64,000 nt of DNA from a virus: positions 1 to 64,000 of IMG/VR virus record IMGVR_UViG_3300042541_003180, one strand, 5' to 3'. Shown in pieces: positions 18,507-28,049 of this stretch; the stretch's first letter is position 1; each line of letters starts with the position of its first letter. A program made the position numbers and the translations under genes. A model generated the notes under the pieces. It was not told the origin of the DNA and searched no databases. It was given only the letters and a program-made list of their open reading frames with translations.

Positions 18507-19106
18507 ATGAAAAACGCTTTTAAGTTATTTGACTTTATGGGAACTCCAGTTTATTTAAAATACTGGTTCTTTATTTTACTTCCTTTATTTATGTTACAAA
18601 ATGATTTTAGTACCTCTATTGATTGGTTCTTATCTATTTTTGTTGCAGTCTTAGTACACGAATTGGCACATACCGCAGTTGCTAAGAAATTTAACCATTA
18701 TGTAGAACATGTTTATTTAGATGTATTTAATGGTGCCGCTGCGATTGATACTACTTATTCTCCTTATAATCAAACAATCTTAATTGTTGCTGCAGGTCCA
18801 CTATCTAATTTAGTATTGTGGTTTATTGGTTCTTATTTAGGATTGGATATATTTTCACAAGTGAATATGTTTTTATTTATATTTAATATTTTACCTATTT
18901 ATCCAATGGATGGTGGTAGAATTTGTAAAGCAATTTGTCAATGGATGACTAAACCTTCGATTGGAAGAAAAATCAATGGATATATTTCAATAGTTGCAAG
19001 TGGATTACTTTTCATTTTGTCAATTATGACTAGTAATATACTTATAGCCATATTTGCTGCCTTTTTTATCTTTCTTTCATATAAAGAAATAGAACAAAAA
19101 TATTAA
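18507..19106 (+). CDS. site-2 protease (peptidase M50, SpoIVFB-like) membrane metalloprotease
   Basis: HELAH, AGPLSN, FNILPIYPMDGGR, multiple TM segments. Confidence 0.92.
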   Translation: MKNAFKLFDFMGTPVYLKYWFFILLPLFMLQNDFSTSIDWFLSIFVAVLVHELAHTAVAKKFNHYVEHVYLDVFNGAAAIDTTYSPYNQTILIVAAGPLSNLVLWFIGSYLGLDIFSQVNMFLFIFNILPIYPMDGGRICKAICQWMTKPSIGRKINGYISIVASGLLFILSIMTSNILIAIFAAFFIFLSYKEIEQKY

Positions 19107-19109
19107 AAA

Positions 19110-19619
19110 ATGTTAGACATTGGTAAAACAAATCTTTTCTTAAATGATAAAGCTAAATATGTTGTTAGTAAACTAATAGACGATTATGATCTTATGGGTC
19201 ATAATTGTTTGTTTTTAACTCATAAGAATGACACACTACAACTTAAATGTGCTTCTTGTACTTATACTACTTATGATTCAATACCAGATATTTTATCTGA
19301 GAATTTATTTAGAGTGGATATTATTATTGTTGAGTCAAATAGAAAATTTAATTTTTTACTTGATTCTATAAGAGAAGTAACAGATTTACCAGTTATTATA
19401 GTTACTGATGATTTGTCATACGATTATCCAGATTATAAATTTGATTATATTTATAAACTTGAAAGAGATAGAACTTTTTCATTAAGTATGGATAAATTTG
19501 AAGAAGACTTTTTAAATAACTCACATATTAGTGATATTAAAAATAACTGGAATATGTCATTAGCAGGTTTAAGAACACAATACATTAGAGATAAAAAAAT
19601 TAACGATTTATTAAAATAA
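19110..19619 (+). CDS. hypothetical protein with C-terminal tag
   Basis: ends IRDKKINDLLK. Confidence 0.7.
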   Translation: MLDIGKTNLFLNDKAKYVVSKLIDDYDLMGHNCLFLTHKNDTLQLKCASCTYTTYDSIPDILSENLFRVDIIIVESNRKFNFLLDSIREVTDLPVIIVTDDLSYDYPDYKFDYIYKLERDRTFSLSMDKFEEDFLNNSHISDIKNNWNMSLAGLRTQYIRDKKINDLLK

Positions 19620-19622
19620 AAT

Positions 19623-20051
19623 ATGAAAGCACACGTAATTGTAAAAAAAGGTTATGAGTATGATGATAATATCTACTCAGAATCAGAGAGTGGTGGAGGA
19701 AGCCCAGAGTTGATTTGTTTCTCAAAAGAAGATGCAGAAACAAAGGTAAATGAATTAAATAAACAGGAGTTTAGAACAACTTCACTTAGTTATTATTCAT
19801 ATGATTTAGGTGATATATTAGATGTTGATGTTGACGAGTATCAGAAATTCAATGAATCTTTAGTTGAAAAGTATGGACCAATTAAAAAAGTTGGTTGGGG
19901 AGATACAGAAAACATTCTTCATCCCGATGCAAATGATGAAGAAACTGAACAATATATGAAGATGGTTTGTATAAGTTTTTATGAAGTAAAAGCTACAGAC
20001 ATTGATGTTCAAAGTTTTAGAGATTATAAAATTGATGAAGTTTTAAAATAA
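19623..20051 (+). CDS. hypothetical acidic protein with C-terminal tag
   Basis: ends FRDYKIDEVLK. Confidence 0.7.
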   Translation: MKAHVIVKKGYEYDDNIYSESESGGGSPELICFSKEDAETKVNELNKQEFRTTSLSYYSYDLGDILDVDVDEYQKFNESLVEKYGPIKKVGWGDTENILHPDANDEETEQYMKMVCISFYEVKATDIDVQSFRDYKIDEVLK

Positions 20052-20080
20052 AATAAGATTTAAGAAAGAATATATAGATT

Positions 20081-20947
20081 ATGAGATATATATTCTTTCT
20101 TTTTTTATTTATGTTACTTTCTTGTAAAACTACAAAGAATACAGTTGTACCGACTCCACCTTTAGAAACTTTTTGTGATAGTGATGAAGATGGTGTTGAT
20201 GATATGTATGATAAATGTCCTGATATAAAAGGTAGAGTAGAAAATATGGGTTGTCCTGATATTGAGGAAAATGAAAAGTATTCCGGAACAAAAGATGATA
20301 TTGAAATTGTTGGATCACCAAAAGATACAGAACCTATAGTTACAAAAAATATTAAAACCAAAACTAAAATAAAAGAAGAGACACCGATAATTCAACCTAA
20401 AGAAGTTAGACCAAGAGGTTTAATAGCTTATTCTGTGCCGAATGAAATGCAGGTTGGTGAAGAATATTCAGTAAAGGTTAGGATAAGTAAACAAAATGAT
20501 AAAACTGTTTTATTGGTCGGTGATAGAGAAATACCTATATCTGATAATTTAGAAGAAGTTAAAGTTGAGTCAATTACTGTTTCCCCGGTAATGTCTGCCA
20601 GTTTATTATCAAGTAAAAAAGATTTTGAAATAACTCCATTATCAACTGATATTCAAAATATAGATGATGAAGGATATACGGAATGGGCTTGGAGTGTAAG
20701 TCCTTTACAAGGTGGTGAAAATAATTTAAAACTTAATGTAAAAATTAGAATAAAAGAAGATGGTAATGATTATTATAAAGACATTACCGTCTTTGAAAGG
20801 AAGATAAAAGTCAAGTCTAATCTAGGTTCTAGTATAAAAGACTTCGTATTCAATAACTGGGAGTGGTTTATGGGTGCAATTTTTATCCCTCTTTTTCAAT
20901 GGCTTTGGTTGTTGTGGAAGAGAAAAAAAGAAGAAAAAGATGTTTAA
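20081..20947 (+). CDS. lipoprotein with a TSP3-like Ca-binding repeat and a C-terminal TM segment (u-spanin-like topology)
   Basis: lipobox LLSC; DSDEDGVDDMYDKCP...GCP; beta-rich core; WEWFMGAIFIPLFQWLWLLWKRKK. Confidence 0.65.
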   Translation: MRYIFFLFLFMLLSCKTTKNTVVPTPPLETFCDSDEDGVDDMYDKCPDIKGRVENMGCPDIEENEKYSGTKDDIEIVGSPKDTEPIVTKNIKTKTKIKEETPIIQPKEVRPRGLIAYSVPNEMQVGEEYSVKVRISKQNDKTVLLVGDREIPISDNLEEVKVESITVSPVMSASLLSSKKDFEITPLSTDIQNIDDEGYTEWAWSVSPLQGGENNLKLNVKIRIKEDGNDYYKDITVFERKIKVKSNLGSSIKDFVFNNWEWFMGAIFIPLFQWLWLLWKRKKEEKDV

Positions 20948-21014
20948 TACATCTTTTTTTATTTTAAACATAATTGTATTATTTGAATACAAATAAAAAT
21001 ATAATATAAATACT

Positions 21015-22247
21015 ATGGATAATATAAATCTAATAGAGTCTTTTTCAGAGTTAAAAGACGTTAAAAACATTGATAAAGAATCAATGATTAAAGTAATGCA
21101 AGAAGTTTTCAAAACTATTATTGTTAAAAAATATGGTTCATCTGAAAATTTTGATATTATTGTGAATCCTAATAAAGGAGATTTAGAAATTTGGAGAAAT
21201 AGACTTGTTGTTGATGACAGTTATGATGAATTTGATGAAAATTTTCATATTAAATTTACTGATGTAAATAGAATCGAAGATGGATTTGAAGTTGGTGAAG
21301 AATTTGCTGATGAAATTAAAATTGTTGATTTTGGTAGACGTTCAATTTCATCAATTCGTCAAGTACTTAAATCTAAAATTATGGATTTAGGTAAAGAATC
21401 TTTGTACAAAAAATATAAAGATAGAGAAGGTGAAATTTTCACTTGTGAAGTTTACCAAATTTTAAGAAAAGAAGTTATCGTAACTGATGATGAAGGTAAT
21501 GAATTTGTTTTACCTAAAACAGAACAAATTCCAGGTGATTTCTTTAGAAAAGGTGATTCAATTAGAGCTATGTTACAAAGTGTCTCTATTGAAAATGGTA
21601 AACTTTATATGATTTTATCAAGAACTTCTAACAAGTTCTTAGAAAAATTATTTGAACTTGAGATACCTGAGGTATTTGACGGTTTAATTACAGTTAAAGC
21701 TGTTGTTAGAGAACCTGGTTCTAAAGCAAAAGTTGCAGTTGAGTCTTATGATGATAGAATTGATCCTGTTGGAACTTGTGTAGGTGTTAAAGGAAGTAGA
21801 ATTCACTCTATCGTAAGAGAGTTAAATAACGAAAACATTGATGTTATTACTTATACTACTAATAAATCGTTATACATAATGAGGGCATTAGGACAAAGTA
21901 AACCAAATGCTGAGATAAATGAAGAAAATAAAACCGCAAGTGTTATTATTCCTTCTGATACCATGTCTTTAGCAATTGGTAAAGGTGGTTTAAACATTAA
22001 ATTGGCTAGTAAATTGACTGGATACAAAATAAATGTATTCTCTGACGTTGACCATAATGAAGATGTCTTATTAGAAGATTTCTCAGATGAAATTGACGGT
22101 TGGATTATTGATGAACTTAAAAAGGTTGGTTATGATACAGCTAAAAGTGTTTTAAAGGCGGACTTTAATTTACTTGTTAAACAAACAGATTTAGAAGAAG
22201 AAACAATAAGAGAAGTTGTTAAGATTTTAAAATCTGAATTTGAATAA
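21015..22247 (+). CDS. nusA: transcription termination/antitermination factor NusA
   Basis: N-terminal domain + S1 + KH; LSRT...FL..LF.LEIPEV, REPG.KAKVAV, DPVG.CVG.KGSRI, LAIGKGG.N.KLA; Bacteroidota-type C-terminus. Confidence 0.95.
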   Translation: MDNINLIESFSELKDVKNIDKESMIKVMQEVFKTIIVKKYGSSENFDIIVNPNKGDLEIWRNRLVVDDSYDEFDENFHIKFTDVNRIEDGFEVGEEFADEIKIVDFGRRSISSIRQVLKSKIMDLGKESLYKKYKDREGEIFTCEVYQILRKEVIVTDDEGNEFVLPKTEQIPGDFFRKGDSIRAMLQSVSIENGKLYMILSRTSNKFLEKLFELEIPEVFDGLITVKAVVREPGSKAKVAVESYDDRIDPVGTCVGVKGSRIHSIVRELNNENIDVITYTTNKSLYIMRALGQSKPNAEINEENKTASVIIPSDTMSLAIGKGGLNIKLASKLTGYKINVFSDVDHNEDVLLEDFSDEIDGWIIDELKKVGYDTAKSVLKADFNLLVKQTDLEEETIREVVKILKSEFE

Positions 22248-22278
22248 AAAAAGAGACTCAATATTGAGTCTCTTTTTT
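22246..22278. terminator. bidirectional intrinsic terminator
   Basis: AAAAAGAGACTCAATATTGAGTCTCTTTTT palindrome between convergent genes. Confidence 0.8.
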
Positions 22279-22861
22279 ATTTTACTAAGTAAAGTGTGTA
22301 GTTATTAGATTTTGGTTTCTCATTGATAAAGTAATATTTCTCAACTTTACCATCATATTTTATTGTTTTAATAAAGGCATCTGGTACTGTTGCTCCGGTT
22401 GGTAGTTTAATTGATTTATCTGAAAATATAATTTTTATTTCAACATCAACAATATACTTTTTAGCTAATTCTCTTTCATGTAATTCTAATAATCTCCAAG
22501 TACCTCTATTTAGGAATTGATCTTGTAAAGTACAGTTTAAATAAGTAAATGTTTTAAGTAACATTATTTTATCACAATTGAAATCTGCTGCTGGTGCACA
22601 ATGACCTTTGTCATAAATATTATTCTCATAATCTTTTGAATCTGATGTTTTGTAGCCTTTTTCGGTATAGAAGTCCATACCTTGTCTTGAAACTTTACCC
22701 TCTTGACAAAGAACACGGTACTTAACTCTTAATGGTTGTTCAAATTTTTCGGAATAACTGATTTCAAAAATGTCTGTTTTAACTAACACACTATCTCTAA
22801 CAACTTGAGAATAACTCATGAACGTTGTTATAAATAATAAAATTGATAATAATTTCTTCAT
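22277..22861 (-). CDS. secreted DNA/RNA non-specific endonuclease (NucA/EndA-like, His-Me finger)
   Basis: signal peptide; YDKGHCAPAAD, TF.YLN..LQ...LNRG.W..LE. Confidence 0.88.
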   Translation of the reverse strand: MKKLLSILLFITTFMSYSQVVRDSVLVKTDIFEISYSEKFEQPLRVKYRVLCQEGKVSRQGMDFYTEKGYKTSDSKDYENNIYDKGHCAPAADFNCDKIMLLKTFTYLNCTLQDQFLNRGTWRLLELHERELAKKYIVDVEIKIIFSDKSIKLPTGATVPDAFIKTIKYDGKVEKYYFINEKPKSNNYTLYLVK

Positions 22862-22912
22862 TTGTTTTATATTTTTTTAACTTAGTATATATTAAAATTA
22901 ATATATAAAAAT

Positions 22913-23068
22913 ATGAAGGTATTTGCTTATATTTTAATGGTGGTTTCTTTACTAATAGGTGTATTAGTTGATATGAATTTTTTCAGTGAGGTTCAATTTC
23001 CTATATTTAGTTCGTTTGTAATATTTCTAACAGCTATTTATATTTTATCTGTTAAAAAATCTAGTTAA
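22913..23068 (+). CDS. small 2-TM membrane protein (51 aa, not in the ORF track); holin-like size
   Basis: MKVFAYILMVVSLLIGVLVD...FSSFVIFLTAIYILSVKKSS; TAATATATA upstream. Confidence 0.5.
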   Translation: MKVFAYILMVVSLLIGVLVDMNFFSEVQFPIFSSFVIFLTAIYILSVKKSS

Positions 23069-23231
23069 CAACAACGTAAATCATAACTTTTGAGTGTTCT
23101 TTAATAAATTTAAGTTCACCATAGAAACCTTGTTCCTTGGCTTTTTGAGTGTATTTCTCATAAATTTCATCAAAATTATTATCCATAACTTTGACTTTTT
23201 CGATTCCCAGTTTTTTTAATAATAGTTCCAT
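23061..23231 (-). CDS. small hypothetical protein (56 aa, not in the ORF track)
   Basis: MELLLKKLGIEKVKVMDNNFDEIYEKY...; ATATATAC upstream. Confidence 0.45.
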   Translation of the reverse strand: MELLLKKLGIEKVKVMDNNFDEIYEKYTQKAKEQGFYGELKFIKEHSKVMIYVVVN

Positions 23232-23282
23232 TTAGTATATATTTTAAATAACAACTCCTAAAAATAATTTAATATAATTAAA

Positions 23283-23792
23283 ATGAAATTAAAAGTTTAT
23301 ATTTCCGGATATGGTGCTGAAGTTACTCAGGGAACTCTAACAAATGAAAAGGTTGAACAAATTTATGAAAGTTACGACTCATTAGAAGAGTATTTTACTC
23401 AGTATATTGATGATGATTTTAGTTGGTATGAAATTGATGATAATTTTCATTGCTATGGTGCTTATTTAGCAGAATCACTTATTCAAGTTATAGATGGTGA
23501 TGGTAATACTATTTATGAAAATCCTTGTGATGAGTTAGTTACTACTGAATTGTTAACAAATGAAATTTATTCCGATGAAGAAAATTCTGCAATTACTTGT
23601 GTATCTATCGAAAAAGGAACATTCTTTGAGGGGGATTTTGAAGTAGATAATTTTGATCCCGAACTACTTACTTTAGAAATTAAAGTATTAGAAGGTTTTA
23701 GAATTATTTATAAAGTATTATATAATAATGATGAAATTGATGGTGATTTTGTATTCTCTACCGGAAAAGACTTTAATGTTTATATTGATTAA
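23283..23792 (+). CDS. acidic hypothetical protein
   Basis: ORF preceded by AAC-N17-TATAAT (23253..23278). Confidence 0.7.
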   Translation: MKLKVYISGYGAEVTQGTLTNEKVEQIYESYDSLEEYFTQYIDDDFSWYEIDDNFHCYGAYLAESLIQVIDGDGNTIYENPCDELVTTELLTNEIYSDEENSAITCVSIEKGTFFEGDFEVDNFDPELLTLEIKVLEGFRIIYKVLYNNDEIDGDFVFSTGKDFNVYID

Positions 23793-24463
23793 TTTTTCTT
23801 TAAAGGTATCTCAGGATCTATATCAAAATTATCATTAAGATATGTTTTTAATTCATTTTCTATATAATGATCTGGTACAACCTTATCATCGTCTTCTTGA
23901 CTCATTTTCTCACTAATAAATGTTGTAAACTCATTTACTACTTCTGGTTTAAGTGCTTCGATTAACCTATCAGATACTACAAATGCTCTTGAAAATCTAT
24001 CTTTTAAATTAACTTCTCCTTCTGGTAACTTCATATAAGTATCGATAGTTTTCTTTAAGAAGTCTGTATATTTAGATTGTGGTTCTAAGTAAGTAAATAT
24101 AGTATCAAATATTTTATGTACAATACGTGAAGATCCAAATATAGTACCTACTACTGCTAGTACAGGAAAGAAAGGTGCTAGTGATAAAGGAATTGCAATT
24201 GGTAATAAATTAAATATATTTTTCTTTAATGTAGTTTTCTTTTTAGCATCAATTGCATCTTTAAAAATCGCTTTAAGTAAACCAAAAGTAAACTTCTCTC
24301 CTTTTGAGTGTAGATAAGCTCCTAAGTGACCTTGTTTAGATAAAGTAATTTGTTTTTTTAATTCTTGTTTATCAGTCACACCCATTTTAATAAGTTGTGC
24401 TTTTATATTTTTATCATAATTTTCAAGGATTAAAAAGTCGTTATATTTTTTCAGTTTATTCAT
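23789..24463 (-). CDS. N-tagged protein with a central hydrophobic hairpin
   Basis: MNKLKKYNDFLILEN; LLPIAIPLSLAPFFPVLAVVGTIFG. Confidence 0.7.
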   Translation of the reverse strand: MNKLKKYNDFLILENYDKNIKAQLIKMGVTDKQELKKQITLSKQGHLGAYLHSKGEKFTFGLLKAIFKDAIDAKKKTTLKKNIFNLLPIAIPLSLAPFFPVLAVVGTIFGSSRIVHKIFDTIFTYLEPQSKYTDFLKKTIDTYMKLPEGEVNLKDRFSRAFVVSDRLIEALKPEVVNEFTTFISEKMSQEDDDKVVPDHYIENELKTYLNDNFDIDPEIPLKKN

Positions 24464-24503
24464 TATCTAAAAACAAAGATTAATTTTTACTATATATAAA
24501 ATT

Positions 24504-25847
24504 ATGATGACAGAAAAAACGATTTCCGATTTCTTATCAAATGAGTATAAAGAGTTTGCAATGTACTCTATTGAAGGAAGAGCAATACCATCTGTTGTTG
24601 ATGGATTCAAACCAACACAGAGAAAAATCATTCATATTTCCAATCAAATTTGGAGAAATGGTAGTGAGAAAAATATAAAAGTATTCCAGTTAGCAGGTAA
24701 GGTTGCGTCTGATGCTTTTTACCACCACGGTAATACTTCATTAGAAAATGCTATTGTAACAATGGCACAAAAATTTAAAAATAATGCCGCCTTACTTGAA
24801 GAAGATGGACAATTTGGTTCATTACGTTCTCCACAACCGGGTGCGGCAAGATATATTGGAACTAAATTAAGTGAGAACTTTAGATTGATTTATAAAGATT
24901 TTGACTTACTTGATTATAAAGAAGAAGAAGGTGAAACAATTGAACCAAAATACTTTTTACCAATCATTCCGACAGTTCTATTAAATGGTTCTTCAGGAAT
25001 TGCAGTTGGTTTTGCTTCTAATGTTCTAAATAGAGACATTAAAAGCATTATTGATAGTTGTGTTAGAGTTATTGAAGGTAAAAAAATATCTAGTATTAAA
25101 CCGTCTTTAAATGAGTTTACAGGTGAATTCATACAAGATAAAGAAAATAGTAAAAGATGGATAATAAGAGGTCGTTTTCAAAAAGTAAATACTTCAACGG
25201 TTAAGATAAGTGAGTTACCACCTTCTATGACGTATGAAAAGTATGAAGAAATACTTGATAAACTGGTTGATAATAAAGATATAGTTTCATATGATGATAA
25301 TTGTAAAGATAATGTTGATTATACAATAAAGTTTAATAGAGCTGCTTTAGAGGGTTTAGATGATACTGCTTTAATAAAGCTTTTAAAGTTAGAAGAATCG
25401 TCAACAGAGATATTTACAACATTGGATGAGTTTGGTAAACTAAAAATATTTGAAACATCAGAAGAAATTATAGAATACTTTACCAAATTTAGATTAGAAT
25501 ACTATAATATAAGAAAACAACATACTTTGGATAAACTTAATAGAGAGTTAAAGATATTAAGTAATAGAGGTAGATTTATTAAAGCTATTCTAGATGAGAA
25601 GTTAAAAATAAACAATGTGTCTAAAAATGAGATTATCAACGGTATTGATTCATTAGGACTAGAACAAATAGATGATTCATATGATTACTTATTAAGAATG
25701 TCAATTTACTCTTTAACAAAAGAGTTATTTGAGAAAATGAAGCAGGACTTCACTGCTAAAAAAGAAGAGATTAAGATACTAGAAGATACTGATCCAAAAG
25801 ATATGTATCTCTTAGATTTAAGTGAATTAAAAAAGAAGTTTAAATAG
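24504..25847 (+). CDS. type II DNA topoisomerase subunit A (T4 gp52-like)
   Basis: RAIPS..DG.KP.QRK, YHHG..SL, GQFGS......AARY (catalytic Tyr), EP..FLP.IP..LLNG..GI..G. Confidence 0.95.
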   Translation: MMTEKTISDFLSNEYKEFAMYSIEGRAIPSVVDGFKPTQRKIIHISNQIWRNGSEKNIKVFQLAGKVASDAFYHHGNTSLENAIVTMAQKFKNNAALLEEDGQFGSLRSPQPGAARYIGTKLSENFRLIYKDFDLLDYKEEEGETIEPKYFLPIIPTVLLNGSSGIAVGFASNVLNRDIKSIIDSCVRVIEGKKISSIKPSLNEFTGEFIQDKENSKRWIIRGRFQKVNTSTVKISELPPSMTYEKYEEILDKLVDNKDIVSYDDNCKDNVDYTIKFNRAALEGLDDTALIKLLKLEESSTEIFTTLDEFGKLKIFETSEEIIEYFTKFRLEYYNIRKQHTLDKLNRELKILSNRGRFIKAILDEKLKINNVSKNEIINGIDSLGLEQIDDSYDYLLRMSIYSLTKELFEKMKQDFTAKKEEIKILEDTDPKDMYLLDLSELKKKFK

Positions 25848-25869
25848 TTGAACATTTGATTTTTTTCAC

Positions 25870-25877
25870 TATATTTG
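25870..25877 (+). promoter_or_regulatory. TAnnTTTG element (TATATTTG)
   Basis: heads the 25897-28007 operon. Confidence 0.5.
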
Positions 25878-25896
25878 TAAAAATTATATAATAGAA

Positions 25897-27051
25897 ATGA
25901 AAGAACAATTACTAAAACTTATAAATGAAAGATCTCCTGGTGCTATACCACTTTTCTTGGTGGTTAGAGGTTCACATGCTTATGGAACTAACATAGAGAC
26001 ATCCGATACTGACTTTGCAGGTGTATTTATACAACCAATGGATGATATTATGGGGTTTAAATATAAACAACAAATAAATGATGATAATAATGATATTGTA
26101 ATCTATGAGATACGTAGATTTTTAGAATTGTTGGCTAGTAATAATCCAACAGTTTTGGAATTGCTTAATACTCCAGAAGATTGTATTATTTATAAAGATC
26201 CTATTTTTGATTTGATATTGGAAGATAGAGACCAATTTATTACTAAAATCTGTGCAAACTCTTTTGGTGGTTATGCTAGAGCTCAAATTGGTAAAGCTAA
26301 AGGTCAAAACAAGAAACAAAACTGGGAGAAAGATAAAGTAGTTCGTAAAGACTTACTTGACTTCTGTTATGTTATTGATGGTGAGAAAACAATACCTTTT
26401 AAGAAATCGAAATATGGTTCTGATTACAAAGGTGATTTCTTACATAAACTATTTGGTAGGAAATATGATATAAGAATGTTTGGATTAACAAATGTTCCAC
26501 ATGCTAAAGACGTTTATGCGGTTTACTACAATGATAAACCAGGTTTTTACAAAGGACTTGTAAAAGTAGGTGATGAAGGTTTAGAAACACCTAATTTAGG
26601 TATTTCAAATCAGTTAAGATTGTCTTCTATACCAAAAGGTGAAGTCTCATTGTGTAACATTATTTATAATAAAGATGGTTACTCTGAACACTGTAAAGAC
26701 TTTAGAGAATATGAAGAATGGTTAGAAAAGAGAAATCTTCAAAGATGGGTTGATGTTAAGTCACACGGTCAACAAATTGACGGGAAAAACATGTTACATT
26801 GTCGTAGATTGATGGACATGGCTCGTGAAATTGCAGAGGGTAAGGGTATACTTGTTAGAAGATCAAATGCTCAAGAGCTTCTTGCAATTAGAAGAGGTGA
26901 GGTAGATTTACAAACTTTGATTGACCACGTTGAAAGTGAGATTAAAGAAGTAGATACTTTGTTTAAAGAATCAAATTTACCGGAAAAGGTAGATGAAAAA
27001 TTTATAAATAGTTTATTAGTAAAAATTAGAAAATCAGTATATGGTATATAG
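25897..27051 (+). CDS. nucleotidyltransferase (YcgL/RlaP-like, Pol-beta superfamily)
   Basis: GSHAYGT....SDTD..GVF, NP..LELL, SF.GYA..Q, K...H..RL, L..IR.G. Confidence 0.85.
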   Translation: MKEQLLKLINERSPGAIPLFLVVRGSHAYGTNIETSDTDFAGVFIQPMDDIMGFKYKQQINDDNNDIVIYEIRRFLELLASNNPTVLELLNTPEDCIIYKDPIFDLILEDRDQFITKICANSFGGYARAQIGKAKGQNKKQNWEKDKVVRKDLLDFCYVIDGEKTIPFKKSKYGSDYKGDFLHKLFGRKYDIRMFGLTNVPHAKDVYAVYYNDKPGFYKGLVKVGDEGLETPNLGISNQLRLSSIPKGEVSLCNIIYNKDGYSEHCKDFREYEEWLEKRNLQRWVDVKSHGQQIDGKNMLHCRRLMDMAREIAEGKGILVRRSNAQELLAIRRGEVDLQTLIDHVESEIKEVDTLFKESNLPEKVDEKFINSLLVKIRKSVYGI

Positions 27052-27673
27052 TAACGCTACGATTATAGCAATTATTTTAGGTTTCTTTGCATTAGGTTAT
27101 TTATTTAATAATCTTTTAAGAAAGATTCTTGATGTTTATAATGAAAAAAATTATAAAAAAGAAATAAATGATATTTTTCAAGGAATATTGGATAATATTT
27201 ACACACATAAGACGAGTTTTAATAGCCGTATCAATAATACTGTTAGTGTTATGACTGAATTAGAGAATCTTGGTTCGATAAATATTGTTTATTTGATGGA
27301 TAGAAAGGATATTGCGGTATTTAAAGGAGATAAATGTATTTATACATCTGATTCTGCTGAAAAGACTTTAGTGGAGGAAATTATTATGGGTGTAGAAATT
27401 TTTTATAAGCATGAAATCAATGATGTTGTAAATGTGATGGGAATGGTTTTTTCTCGTGATGAATTTGAGAAAAAGTTTGGTGTTAAAGTAGAGGATATAA
27501 AGAAAGGTAATTTCAGAGGGTTGAAAGAAGAAATGTCTGATATTGAAAAAATCAAAAAAAGAAATTCGGTTAAATTCAATATAGATGAAATATTAGATAG
27601 AATTAGTTCTGTTGGTATAGAAAATCTTACACCAGAAGAAAGAAACTTCTTAGATAATTATAATAATGAATAA
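27041..27673 (+). CDS. N-terminal TM protein with C-terminal DUF6576-like helical motif
   Basis: TM helix; ends IDEILDRISSVGIENLTPEERNFLD. Confidence 0.7.
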   Translation: MVYSNATIIAIILGFFALGYLFNNLLRKILDVYNEKNYKKEINDIFQGILDNIYTHKTSFNSRINNTVSVMTELENLGSINIVYLMDRKDIAVFKGDKCIYTSDSAEKTLVEEIIMGVEIFYKHEINDVVNVMGMVFSRDEFEKKFGVKVEDIKKGNFRGLKEEMSDIEKIKKRNSVKFNIDEILDRISSVGIENLTPEERNFLDNYNNE

Positions 27674-28007
27674 TCTTGAGTTAAATTCTTTTAGTTCAGA
27701 CTTTGGAGATTTTAAAATAGTTTCTATTTTAAGTGACTATAGTAATCACTGGGTATTGGGTTTAACATCTGTTATACTTGAGAAAGACGAATTATACTAT
27801 TACATTCAAGAAGAAAAAGAAAAGATTAGTGATGTTTCTAATATGCCACTTTATATTAAAGAAGATTGGATAAATTATAATAAACATGATTTAACTTTAG
27901 ATATTATCAATAAACATATTAAGTATTATAATAATGATGATGAAGATATGTTTAATTTATTAATGACGATACGTAGAGATTTTATTCTTAATAAGTATAT
28001 AAAATAA
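27666..28007 (+). CDS. hypothetical protein with C-terminal tag
   Basis: ends IRRDFILNKYIK. Confidence 0.65.
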   Translation: MNNLELNSFSSDFGDFKIVSILSDYSNHWVLGLTSVILEKDELYYYIQEEKEKISDVSNMPLYIKEDWINYNKHDLTLDIINKHIKYYNNDDEDMFNLLMTIRRDFILNKYIK

Positions 28008-28039
28008 AAAAACCACTCATTTGAGTGGTTTTCTTTTTA
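28006..28039. terminator. bidirectional intrinsic terminator
   Basis: AAAACCACTC-attt-GAGTGGTTTT. Confidence 0.75.
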
Positions 28040-28049
28040 TATTTAAAGA

